DNA of 63,983 nucleotides, the filler included, from Reticulomyxa filosa (lineage: Eukaryota; Protista; Foraminifera), in NCBI GenBank assembly GCA_000512085.1. It is 26 parts of 26 records of this genome, joined end to end, with 100 filler letters (N's around TTAATTAATTAA, not from the genome) between each part and the next. Parts side by side here need not be neighbours in the genome. Positions count along the whole stretch, not along the records: positions 11,327 to 14,085 come from ASPP01011322.1; positions 14,186 to 18,062 come from ASPP01019026.1; positions 18,163 to 19,305 come from ASPP01037917.1; positions 19,406 to 21,136 come from ASPP01014236.1; positions 21,237 to 23,497 come from ASPP01027262.1; positions 23,598 to 25,786 come from ASPP01002010.1; 20 more parts are not named here. One strand, written 5' to 3'. This document shows, piece after piece, positions 13,048 to 24,842 of this stretch (its first letter is position 1; every line of letters starts with the position of its first letter). The notes beneath the pieces are model-generated. The model saw only the letters and a list, made by a program, of their open reading frames with translations. It was not told the DNA's origin and ran no database searches. A program made the translations under genes and the position numbers.

Positions 13048-13452
13048 AGCTATTGAATCGACAAGACTTAGTTCTCTAAGAAATGTCACAACAATCGAAA
13101 ACACAAAGAGCTGTTTTTTTGAAAAAACTTAAAGTTGTTATGCAAAAAAAAAAAGGGAAAGTCCTCGTTTGACTTTGTTTTTTTTTGTCGTGGCGTTGTT
13201 AAACTTTCTGTCTTGATATTATAAAACATATGAAACACGCAAAAACAAAAATAGATTGGTTTTCTATCAATTGATTCATAGACATGTTGAGGGCAAACCA
13301 GAATGTTACAATTATTGTGAGAAAGCATTATTTGATTTTTTACATTCTTACAAGTAAAGCATTGAAAAAATATTCAAATACAAACACATAAAAAATATGT
13401 GAAAAACGAGTTTTTTTGTTTCTTTAATGTTTTAGTTTCGCAGTCCCCTATA

Positions 13453-14085
13453 ATGTCAGCATCAAAAACGGGTAGGACAACAACCAGAAAAATTTTCGTA
13501 TGTTATTCAGTCTAATGTTGATATTTGTTGCCATTTTGAAATAGTGACCAAAAGATTGTTAGACAAAACACCTCCGAAAAACGCGTTAGTAAACTCGAAG
13601 TATTTATACAACTTTGGAATTCTAAACGAGAAATCTGGAAAGCATGTTGTATACCAAAGAAAATATTTTTCTGACGCCCAATTTGAGGCTGTGAAAAGGG
13701 ACGGTGCCCCCCTGATATTCTTATTTGGGGACAATGAGCAAGATAAGAAAAGGAAGAGCCATGAATTGAGATACGGAAATGCAGGGCAAGCAAGTGTTGC
13801 TGGAAAAACACAATATGAAAATATTGTATCGTTTGGAATTATCACTGTTTGGTTTACGGTATGTTCGAGCAGAAGTAACGCAAGACAATTGAACACACAC
13901 ACACACAAAAATATTAAGCAACGTTCTGATAAAAAGTTGCTCCGACATTTTTTTAAAAATTTTTTTAAACACAATTTGCACTGTTGGAATTTTCCCCCTT
14001 TCTCCACATTACCACAGACATCCGACATAAGAGTAAAATTGAAGGAATGGGAAACTTCGTTTAGATATTTGCTCGGAAAAATTAA
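13453..14085 (+). CDS. Hypothetical protein with a phage/bacterial-like FGDN...G.xGQA domain (exons 13453-13471, 13545-13858, 14018->14085)
   Basis: ATG 13453. GT-AG introns give the in-frame product MSASKTVTKRLL...APLIFLFGDNEQDKKRKSHELRYGNAGQASVAG...SFGIITVW. The motif resembles the xFGDN...GxGGQA...xGIxT family I recall as DUF7831-like (needs HMM confirmation). Confidence 0.6.
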
Positions 14086-14202
14086 NNNNNNNNNNNNNNN
14101 NNNNNNNNNNNNNNNNNNNNNNNNNNNNNTTAATTAATTAANNNNNNNNNNNNNNNNNNNNNNNNNNNNNNNNNNNNNNNNNNNNAAAAAAAAAAAAAAA
14201 AG

Positions 14203-17159
14203 GGATAGAAAACGCATGGCAACCTCCTGCAAGTATTTTACACCAAGATTCATTCAGCGGCTTTGAATTGAAGGCTTTAGACATGCGATCCATTGGTATA
14301 TTGACGTTTCTGCTGCTGACTGGACAATGTCCCTTTTACAAAGATCAAAATGAACAACCTATTCCAGAAGCCGAGTTTACTATTTATTTTATTTTATCTT
14401 ATTTTATTGTGTGTTGTAAATCTTGCAATGACATGTCTATTTATTTGTACACAACATGTATTTGTTTATAGGAACTGCAAAAAAAAAAAATCACATCTGT
14501 CAACAAGGTACGTCCAGCAAATTCGGGGCATCTCCTCTGACGCACGCAACTTTGTCGCACAGCTGCTGGATGCTCAAATCCATGCTCGATTGACAGCACA
14601 GCAAGCTTTATTGCATCCTTGGATTCTGTCGCAAGTATGTGTGCTTGTGGTTAATACAGATCAACACAAGCTCTCTTCTCTTTTTTTTGTAATTCTTATG
14701 AACAATTTGCAACGAGGTTCAAGAGCCAAAATGAAGAAAGGAAGGGGGGGGGGTACATGTCAAAAAAAAAAAAAAAGTGTCATTGTTTTTTCTGATGACT
14801 ACAATTTGAATATTACAAATGTGTCCTTTTTTTGATGAAAAAAGAAAGAGATGACCCTCAAAATCGATGGTCGAATATTCCGTGCAATGTGCACCTTTCA
14901 TCAGACAAAGCTGTCGAAGAAACAACAAATCATTAACGACGAGCACAAGAAATTATTCCGATCTACTCGATCGTTAATTTTGTCTCGACTGAAGAAGTTG
15001 AAGAATGAATCGGAAATAGGACACCAATCGGCATCACATTTGTTTTCACCATCATCACTACAGTCACCGTCTTCGTCTTCTTCTTCTTCTCCTTCTTCAT
15101 CATCAGCAGCATCATCGGCATCAGCATCCTCAGTATCACCAGCTCCTGTCTCTGCATCAGCATCATCATCAGCATCAGTATCGTCACCTCCTTCGTCACT
15201 CTTATCACCACGTTTGTCCTTCTCTTCGTCCTCGTCGTTGTTGCTGTCGAGTCGCCATCCCTTGACCACGTCTGTGCAGCACAGCCATCAACGTCATGTG
15301 CAGCATAGCCATCAACGTCATGTGCAAGCGCACAAGAGCAAAGAAAAGCGACGAAGCCAAGGTGGTCGGACGATCAGTGGAGTAAAGGCAGTTCCGCACC
15401 ACAAAGAACAAGAAGAGAACAAGAGATCTTCCGCTATTCTGCATCATTCGTCGGTGTATAAAGACTATCATCGTCGCCCTCATCCTGATGTGTCTGTCTT
15501 TGCCAATTGCAATAAAATTGAAGAGGACGAGCATGAGGAGTGTCGTAGTCGCAGCAATAGCAAGACCGTCAAAGATAGGAGCAGCTCTACTCTATTCCCA
15601 CAGCAAAGTGACCATGGCAATATCCATAATATCCCAATGGCCGTTAAAGACAACTTTGAGTCAGGTATGTTTACTCTCGAAATGTTTTAAGTGGTGTTCC
15701 TAACGAAAAAGGTCCCCCTTTTTTTTAAAAAAAAAAAAAAAAATAAATGAATGAAAAGGACGGTGTCGAGGATCAGTTGGTAACGCAAAATATCGGCAAT
15801 ACGGACTTCTCGAGCAGAAGCAAGGCCGAGTATATCGCAGAGGTGTGGATAGTCAAGATGACAGCACAACAGCGCAATCGATGACATGTGACCGCGGCGG
15901 CACAATGGGTTCGACTGCGGACGGATGCACAAACGATGAAAAGGTGATCGAGTCGGACATGATAACGATCGGACGCAAGCATACTCGCGGCCACGAATAT
16001 CAAGCGCAAATGACAGCGTTGAATGGCGACAAAGAACAAGACCACGTGTCGCGACCAATGGTGGCCAGCTCTGTCCACGGCTGTCATCGCAGTGGTGCGG
16101 ACATGAAAAAAAGCAAGCCGAGAAGTAAGTCGGTTATGCACAACGCGTCCGACGTGATGAAGAGCACGTTATTAGTGCAGCCCATTGCAACGCATATCAA
16201 CAAATATCCCGTCCAACACGTGTATGCCGGGACCGCTTATGCATCACCCATCGCCGCGATCGGCCATCTTCCTAATGACCTGCAGTCCAATATTACCCAT
16301 CCCTCCTTGTTATTTGGACACTGCTTTGACGCAACATCGGCGATGGCGTTCCCACAGAACGGCCCCGTCGAGCCGCCGTGGAGATCAAAAACGGAGGTCC
16401 AGATCGCCGATCGAATGGACCCCCGTCTGGATGTCAACGACAACAACGACAATAACGACAATAACGACGATCGCATCATCGCGAATGCATCCGTCGGCAA
16501 GAAAGTCGCGGAAGAGAAGCAGCCAGAACAGAGACCACGGAGTGGATCTGACAAGAAAGCCAAGGCCCACGGACAGAGCGATAATGCTGAGCCACTTACA
16601 TTAGAGGACGGTGCTATTGAAAATCCCCTTACTATCAAGATTGATACCAAGACCGTTGTGACGTCGCAACAGAAGTGTGAAGTTGTGTGTTTTGCTTTTT
16701 TTTTTTTTTTTTATTTGTTTATTTGTTTTGAATGTGTCAAATTATCATCACCATGGTAAATACTTCCTATGGTATATCTCCGCTTTTTGCGCTTGCACAC
16801 AGTCTCCAGTTATCATTCGGTTCGGTAACTCCACTGATGTTCATGCCAATTCCAAGACGCAGACAAGTCGCCAACGCACGGTGACGACGGACACGCCTGT
16901 CGAAAAGAACGTGAAGAAGACGGCAGTACTGAATGCCAACCCTTGTCTCCAAGGTAGCACTTTGTTGTCTTCACACAGAAAAGAGCACTACCAGCATGAC
17001 GCGTTCCATGACCCTTCTGATGACAAGTCCACATTTATGAAAAAGAGACAACGGACTGATATTGATGTCCGCAGTAATAACAATGGCAATGATAATGAAG
17101 ATAAGAATAATGGGAATAATAAAAATGATAGAGATCATGGCAATGACAATGAAGATAAC

Positions 17160-17206
<47 letters not shown>

Positions 17207-17964
17207 TGACAATCCTAATGACAATGATAATAAAACTGCTCTACCAAATTATCATGCTCAGCCTTTGGAACGGAAAGAAAGGCCGATGACAGATATTCCA
17301 ATTCAGTTCGAAGAAACCAATCGATTGTTGGATCATGCTCACTTCTATTCCAAGCCACTCGAAAAAAAGACACTGGCGAAAAATAAAGACAAAGATAAGG
17401 ATAAGAAGAAAGACAAAGAAAAGGAAAAAGAAGTTGAAATGGAAGGGAAACTCGAACCGGGAGAGGTCAAAGATGAGATTTCGTCGCTCGGAGATTTAGA
17501 AAAAACACGCCATGTCGAAATCCCAGAGCAATTCCGACTTATAATACCCAACCGAACGCGCGACAAAAAACAAAAAGATGGAGCCCAAAATCAGGGACCG
17601 CCCAAACGACCTTTCGACTCTGACCAATCCTCCATCGAAACTGAAATCATGAGACGAAGGCTGAGCACAAGCAAAAGCATTGAATCCTTGCTTGTGCAAG
17701 AGGGACTAGGTTTCATCTTTTTTTTCTTTTCTCCTTTTCACAATTATATACAACTATCCAAAGTGCAGCATTCATTTATCAAAAAAAGGTAAACCTGAAG
17801 ATCGCATCTCCGAGTTAGAGAAATGGCATGGCAAGTCGTTTATTCAAGAAAAAATAAATGGCGATGAGCCCATACTATTGTATGAAGAAACTCACGAGAG
17901 CAAACCCAGACAATTAGAAGGAAACAACAGTGACCAAAGTCGACAAGTCCCTAAAGCCACTTAA
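14203..17964 (+). CDS. Divergent CAMK/CDPK-like protein kinase C-lobe with a long low-complexity tail (5' end off contig)
   Basis: Subdomains VIII-XI: WQPPA...DMRSIGILTFLLLTGQCPF...ISSDARNFVAQLL...RLTAQQALLHPWI. Followed by a junction-like IDGRIFRAMCTFHQTKLSKK and Ser-, Asn- and Lys/Asp-rich exons (14851-15690, 15845-16690, 16801-17709, 17789-17964 TAA). Confidence 0.75.
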
Positions 17965-18022
17965 GATAATCCATCATATGGAACGGAGACTTCTTCTTTT
18001 TTGTTAATGTTCTATTTTAGTT

Positions 18023-18062
<40 letters not shown>

Positions 18063-18583
18063 NNNNNNNNNNNNNNNNNNNNNNNNNNNNNNNNNNNNNN
18101 NNNNNNTTAATTAATTAANNNNNNNNNNNNNNNNNNNNNNNNNNNNNNNNNNNNNNNNNNNNATCCCTTTTTTTTTCACACTACGCTTTTCCGGGTTTTT
18201 TTGTGTTACCTTTACTCAAAAACCGATTACCAAATAAATTACAGTCTTGTGAAAAAAAAATCGTGTTTTTGTATGGTTTTTTTTTATTAAAACTTTGACT
18301 AGCATCTCGCAAAGAAAAATCATGTATCAAAAAAATGTCTCTTTTTTTCACCATATCGTTCCAAGGAATTTTTTTAAGATTTTGTCAAAAGTGTTGATCG
18401 AAATATAAAGACTCAATTCAACCTGCAGGAAAAAAGAAATTAAAAAATATTTACTTATAAAACAATTAAACAAAAAAGTGAAAAAAAACAAAATCAAACC
18501 AAAATAAAAAACATTAACACTAGAAGTGAGGTGTTCATTTCTCAATTTTTTAATTTTATTTTAAAAACATCAGATCAAATGTG

Positions 18584-18710
18584 ATGAGCAATCAAACAGG
18601 GAAACAAAATCCTGCTGAAGAGTTGGATGCAACGAAAGAAAAATTAAAGCGACATTACCAAGCACAAGACAATTATTTGATGATCTTGAACAATCCATTA
18701 ATACTTGCTT
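18584..18710 (+). pseudogene. N-terminal remnant of a NACHT-type NTPase family gene
   Basis: MSNQTGKQNPAEELDATKEKLKRHYQAQD-(frameshift)-LFDDLEQSINTC resembles the 'KL..HY..QD..PLFDD.EQ.I..C' segment I recall upstream of foraminiferan NACHT/HEAT proteins. No NACHT core present. Confidence 0.45.
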
Positions 18711-19423
18711 GTGTGTGCATTTCAGCATAAGAAAGTAAAGAGAATCTGAGTAAAATTATTAAACTCAAAATTTCTTGAAAAAATGTTACTCATTTTTGTT
18801 TTCTGTTCTCAAAAAACACAATTTCACAAACAAAAGAGACATATTACATGAAACTGGCAATTATTAGTATGGAGAGAGATTGTCAAATTTTTTAGAAAAT
18901 CAGTGACCCAAATATGTAAATATTTTGGATATGTTTTTTTGTACTGCTTGTTCCATGATTGCTAACATAAATCCAATGTCTGATTGGCCATTATTTTTAT
19001 TGTCTTGTTTTTATTCCCAACAAACGCAAATCTCTTGCAAGAATTAGAATAAGATATTAATACCACCAACATAGAAAAGGACATTGCCCACAAGATAGTC
19101 CCCATATTTCAAAAGAGTACTGTTTTCTCTTCACTTGTTTGTAATGTCGGCTGCTGACCTTTTTCGCATTAACACTCTTGATTTTGCTTGTCTTTCATTT
19201 TCATTTGCTGCACTTGACGAGGTATGAGATTTTTTCAACATTTGCAATAGAAACACATGCAGCAAGTTTTTTTATTTTGTTTTAGCTTGTTGGCGTCCCT
19301 GTTCCNNNNNNNNNNNNNNNNNNNNNNNNNNNNNNNNNNNNNNNNNNNNTTAATTAATTAANNNNNNNNNNNNNNNNNNNNNNNNNNNNNNNNNNNNNNN
19401 NNNNNTATATATATGTAATGTCA

Positions 19424-21002
19424 GGTGACGAGGAGCAGTGTCGTGTGATCAAGAGGAACGCAATAAGATACGTGGAAAAAAAGAAACATTCTTTGGAACA
19501 GCGCTATGAGATGGCTTGGAAAGAGAAACAAGACTGGCTCAATTTGTATTGCGAAATGGCCCAATTCAAAGACGCAGAACAAAACGGCGCGTGCAAGAAA
19601 GAAAAGCTCTTGTCGCAGCGTGTTCATGTGGATGACGACAAGCAGTACCTGCTGCAGAGAGAAGAGCGGCAAAAAATTGTCGAAACCAGAATCCAGTATT
19701 GTCAGGAAAGACTTACAAGCGAGCAATTGGAATACACCGATTGGCAGTCTACCTTTGCCGTCGTCTTTTTAGAGCTCACCAAACAAAAACTGGCCTGCAA
19801 ACAACAAAATGTGTCTTCTCTTGTAAATCAGGAGCCGTCCAAAGCCGACCGCGACCGCGATCGCGATCATGAGCCCACTATCGTGGATAAGCCGATTATC
19901 ACCGCCAAAAACACACTTGTGCCAGGCATTTCGATCCTTCCTACCATTGCGTCAGCTTCGATGCAAACACACTCTCCATTGCCAGCAGCGACAGTGGCGG
20001 CCATTGCTACGACGATAGCTCCGTCCATATCGACATCTACAACGACAACCACAAATTCAAATACAAATACAAATACAAATATAAATGCAAATATAAATGC
20101 AAATAACGTAAATATGACGACAAGTGCGACCGCAGGAACAATAGCAGCGTCAGCCGTGACAACAACAGCGCCGACGACGAACACATCGCAACAGCCCTTG
20201 GGAGTCCAAACAACATATCTCAACAGCTCCTCGGCCACGACGTTAATGGCGAATGGTGGCCCATATTCATCTGGTGCGACACAGACACAGCCCACCGCAA
20301 TAAACATTGGAGTACCCTCTTCTCTCCCCCCTCCCCACCTCCTCCTTCGCTTGTCAACATTGTTGGGCCTCCCCCCACAAATGCAAGTACAGTCTCTGCG
20401 AACGGCGTTATGCCATCACTTGGAATGCCAACCCTGTCGGTTCCAATGCCGAATGACGTTGTCATACAAAACGCTGCAGTTGGAGACACACTGTTGGCGA
20501 ATGTCACTTCGCCGCCTGGGACGCAACAGGGCCCACCCATGGGACCTGGAGTAGTGCTATTGCCTGGATTTGTTTCGTCCACTGCCATGCATACTTCCGT
20601 GATGTACATGCAACCGCCACCTATGTACCATACTGGTCAAAATATGCTTGGCCATTCCTTTCTCGCTTATGTTTGTTTCAACAAACTATATCTATAACGT
20701 ATTCACATACTTTTTTTTTTTGTTTGTTTGGATTATTGTATCGATTGAAAATACAACAGCCACAAATGTATCAAGTCCCATCCAACCCATCAGCCCCAGG
20801 TGTTGCTACCGTCTCGTCGACGGCAATGTTTGAACAGTTCCTACAAAATGCAAATGCAGCACCGCCAAATGGAAATGCCAATCCAATGATACGTGCAAAC
20901 ACAAACATTTCGAATCTTCTCAATACCGCTCCACCAACCAACATGCCCACGCCTGTGTCGTTTGTAACCACCGATGTGATATCGGCGGTTTCAATGTCAT
21001 GA
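19424..21002 (+). CDS. 3' part of a hypothetical protein: coiled coil followed by Thr/Asn/Pro-rich low complexity
   Basis: ORF 19418-20554 shifts by 1 bp in a C-run (~20320-20335) into the frame of ORF 20410-20697. Last exon ends at TGA 21000-21002. Confidence 0.65.
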
Positions 21003-21236
21003 CATATATGTATACACTCACAGTCTAAAACAATAACACAGCAAATATATTACCATTGACGAATCAAAATATCAACAAAAAAATATATTAAATAAGTAAT
21101 ATAACAATGAACAAAAGTAAAATAATAAAAAAAAAANNNNNNNNNNNNNNNNNNNNNNNNNNNNNNNNNNNNNNNNNNNNTTAATTAATTAANNNNNNNN
21201 NNNNNNNNNNNNNNNNNNNNNNNNNNNNNNNNNNNN

Positions 21237-21960
21237 CTTTTTCATTCAATATTGTAGCACAGCCAAACAATCGACTATGTAAAGTCATCAATTTGTTTTC
21301 TCGAATTGAATACTTGTACACTGATTTTAAAGCATAACTATTATAGAAATGCCATCCACCAAGAATAACATGACATCATTGATACGCACATACGCATATT
21401 CACTGAGTGATTTAATATTATTACAAGCATGTAGTTGATGAAATTGAAAAGTGTTGTTATTCTTTGTTGGATAGGTGATAAATAACAAATGATTGTTGAC
21501 TCCACCAATCGCTGCACGCGCTCCATTATAATAACCATCATTTTTTTCCAATGATAATTGGACAATTGTGATTGCCTGTAAAAGGGAGATATTCATTATA
21601 ATTATTTGATTTGTTAGTTTTATTTCATTTTCATTTTCGTCATCATTATTGCTGCCATTACTCCAAACACTTACATATTTCATCACCAATGTATGTTTAG
21701 GATATCCACCAAAAGACAGTAAAGTGATTTGATTATTGTTATCTACCAGTTTCACTACACATTGTTCAAATAATTCAACATCAATTGGATACTCACAGAT
21801 AAACTTGTATTCGTTTTTGAGTGTATGACAAAAATAACAAGCTCTTTGTTTGTGGCGTCCACAAATGAAGAGTTCGTGTTTGTGCAGCAAACATTGAAGA
21901 AGTTGCCCACTCCACAAGAGATTCTCAAAGTTTGAAAGGTTTGGCTGTTTATGTTGAGGA
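21237..21960 (-). pseudogene. Kelch-repeat pseudogene
   Basis: QCLLHKHELFICG...CYFCHTLKNEYKFICEYP...CVVKLVD...TLLSFGG...HTLVMKYVSVW...GARAAIGGVNNHLLFITY. Internal deletions and frameshifts. Confidence 0.85.
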
Positions 21961-23597
21961 ACTATGAAGTATTTGAGATTTTTTGAAAGAGGGAAGTACA
22001 TGAAAAAGGTCCTTCTTTGAACTAAAAAAGAGTCAAAACTTTTTGAAGTGGCCGGACTGAAAAAATTTACAAAAATTGAACTAAATAAGAAATGCAATCT
22101 CTCCAAAAAAAAAATGGTATAGATTATATAGAATTTCTTTCACCTTTTTTTAAGATCATAGCAAATTTAAATGAATTCTTTGCTCCTTTACATTATTGTA
22201 ATTCTTTTCAATGCAACGATAATTTTTTGAAAATAAAAAAGTATTTTTGAATTTATACAATATTGTTGCAATCTTTTTCAAAGAAAATACATAAGAAAGA
22301 GGTTCGAAAAAAGTTCTCTGTTCCTCTGTAGGGCAAGTCCATACTGTAGATGGTTGAACTTTGAGGAACCCCCAGTGGGCTAAACTTCTTCACCAACTTT
22401 CTTCACCTTTTGTTTTGGTTTTCTTTCTTTTATTGTGTTATTATCTTTTAGTTGTTAATTCACTATTGTTTTATCAAAAGCAGTTTTCTTCGGGTAGAAA
22501 ACTTTTGTATTACATTTAGTGCAGCTGACGTCCCACACCTCCAAGGTTTTTTTTTGTTCGTCTAACTATTCACTACAAATTAATACAAAACTTTGTTTTT
22601 CTCGAAAAAAACATAACAAGACTAGAAAAAAAATGGTAAACATAATTATTATGACAATCCTTTTAAAATTTCTAGTAATACTTTTCAAGGTGTTATCAAT
22701 CATCAACAATTAAAAACCACTCTTAGAACACAACTAATCTCATTTTTTATTTGATTTATTCATAATTTTGTTATTTATTTAAAAAAATAATAATTGACAA
22801 AATCAGGAAGAATTGTAAAATATAAAAACAAAAACTGTTGTCTGGAGTAAAAATTGATTTAATGATAATTCAAAAATTATTTAAAAAATCATGTTGTTCA
22901 ATTGGATATTTTTCATTATTATTCATTTCGAATATGTGTGCAAATGCATTCTTGATCAATTAGTAGCATTCCGCCACTGCAAAGTAATTGCAAAATTTGT
23001 GTTCGATTTTCTTTTTTTTTGTTTCATTTTGAAATCTGTCCTTTTCTGTATTATTCCAATTAAAAAAATGTCGAGCAATATTAAAAACTTCAGGAGCTTT
23101 TGTACAGTGGTTTCTTTGTAATAACATCGTAAGCCAAAATCTGAAAGAAATTAGAAAGCCACAGATGACAAGGAGAAATAACACCACATTAATTTCATTA
23201 TAAACATCTTGCATAGATTTAAAGCTTTTTTTAAAAGCTTTTTCTTAGTCTAGAACTTTTTCCCCTCTTTATCGCAAAAATAATATTGATAAGTTTTTTC
23301 ATAAAATATTTTGATGAAAATAAGTTATTTTTATAAAATATAACTATTGAAATTCAAATTACAAACTTCTTTTTTAATGGGTATTGTGCTGTTGGGTAAT
23401 TGTAAAAACTCTTTTTTCCTTTTCTTGGCAAGGTCGGAGTTCTCGGTGCTGGCGTTGGACGTATGATCATGCCATTTCAATATTTGTTACCGAATGANNN
23501 NNNNNNNNNNNNNNNNNNNNNNNNNNNNNNNNNNNNNNNNNTTAATTAATTAANNNNNNNNNNNNNNNNNNNNNNNNNNNNNNNNNNNNNNNNNNNN

Positions 23598-23829
23598 AAT
23601 ATTGTGTGGAAAATCTCAATTTTCAAACAGGACAAGATTAAGTGGATGGAAGGAAGATTATGAATCTCCAAAAAAGAAGAGTATTGAAAATGAATTAAAC
23701 AAATGGAAGATACAAATACGATTGGAACAAGACAAAGGGAACCCAACAGTGTGGTATTTGAATGAAGGTGATGTTGAATTGTTTTTTGAAACAGTACCTC
23801 CGGGTGAAGATTGTTTGAGAGTGAAGTGA
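23598..23829 (+). CDS. C-terminal fragment of a hypothetical protein
   Basis: Open, protein-like frame from the contig edge (…KWKIQIRLEQDKGNPTVWYLNEGDVELFFETVPPG). No family recognised. Confidence 0.4.
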
Positions 23830-24029
23830 AAATGTATTGAATGTGATAGCATTAAGAAAAGAGAGTTACTTGTCGTTTATTTATTTTTATTGAGTGAGCA
23901 GTGATATTTTTGGAATTATTTCATTTCAAAATTTTTGTAGTTTGTTGTTGCTTAATTTTTGTTGAAAATCTATTTCCGTTTATTGATTCGATTATCTTTC
24001 AATTGAATTTCTTGTTTCATGGATTGTAA

Positions 24030-24457
24030 TAATTAAGTTACTAAATCAAAATGTAATTTCATTTTTGATATGAGATGATCATTTATATTTTGCCTGAAGC
24101 AGGTATGATTGCAGCCAAATGGTTTAAATCAACAATCAATTAAATTTAAAGTGCATTCATTGCTTAAATGAGTATTTAAATCTTTTAACTGTGTTGCTTC
24201 TTGAATGCGACAATTGTCATGTGATTGAACTGGACAAGAGTTGTTATTGTTTTTAAGAAATAATTTTAGACAATGATCTCCAGCAATTAGCACTTTATCC
24301 ATATTTGAGTGTTGCGAACGGTCGATATCCACAGGATTGTTTACAGTTTGTTTGCAAATCAAACAAATAAAATGTTTGATGTATTCTTGTTGGTAGGATC
24401 GCAACATCCAGTCTTTGTTAAAGCAAGAATATTCGAGTGAAAGCGAAGCTTGTAAAA
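24030..24457 (-). pseudogene. RING-like / TRAF-type zinc-finger pseudogene
   Basis: CFNKDW...HFICLICKQTVNNPV...GDHCLKLFL...SCPVQSHDNC...LNTHLSNECTLNLIDC*FKPFGCNHTC...DHLISKMKLHFDL. In-frame TGA at a Trp-like position and an apparent internal deletion. Confidence 0.8.
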
Positions 24458-24784
24458 CTAAAAAAAAAGTTTTTTTTTGACAGAAATTCAACTTGCCTAC
24501 TTTAAATTATCTACAGTTTAATGTTTATAACAATTTGCAAATTCGAGTTTTGAATCGACATTGATGTCTTTTTCTTAGTCAATGCAGTTAGACCATTTTT
24601 TTTTTAGCATTCTTAATGTTTTACAGTTTCACACTTTACGGGAGCAATTTACTTTACAATTTTACACTGACTCGTAAAGTAATATTTTCCAACTTGCCAG
24701 CCAGCATTTCTTAAAACAACAATTAAAAATGTCAACAATAAAAAAAATTGAACAAACACATAAAAAAAACAAAAAATTTTATAT

Positions 24785-24842
24785 TTAAAAAATTAGGTCC
24801 AAATGTTTATTTTTCATGAAGAAAATCGATTCTCTTCATATA
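24785..24842 (-). mobile_element. Solo TIR-like end of the same family as the 7593-7817 element
   Basis: TATATGAAGAGAATCGATTTTCTTCATGAAAAATAAACATTT shares 23/24 nt (TTTCTTCATGAAAAATxAACATTT) with the MITE TIR. It starts exactly where the WD40 reading frame breaks. Confidence 0.65.

Noticed and set aside
17655-17710. RRRLSTSKSIESLLVQEGL as an RPEL actin-binding motif
   Set aside because: Lacks the invariant RP core.
22320-22410. Minus-strand GVPQSS resembling the RT GVPQGS motif
   Set aside because: No flanking RT motifs; six residues can be chance.
24129-24131. TGA at Trp-like positions (24129, 41220, possibly 23827) and TAA at 51590, suggesting stop-codon reassignment or RIP-like mutation
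   Set aside because: TGG is used normally in the same genes, and the WD40/RING copies carry other lesions. TAA, TAG and TGA all terminate intact genes (5404, 35969, 55442). The mutational contexts are not consistently CpA.
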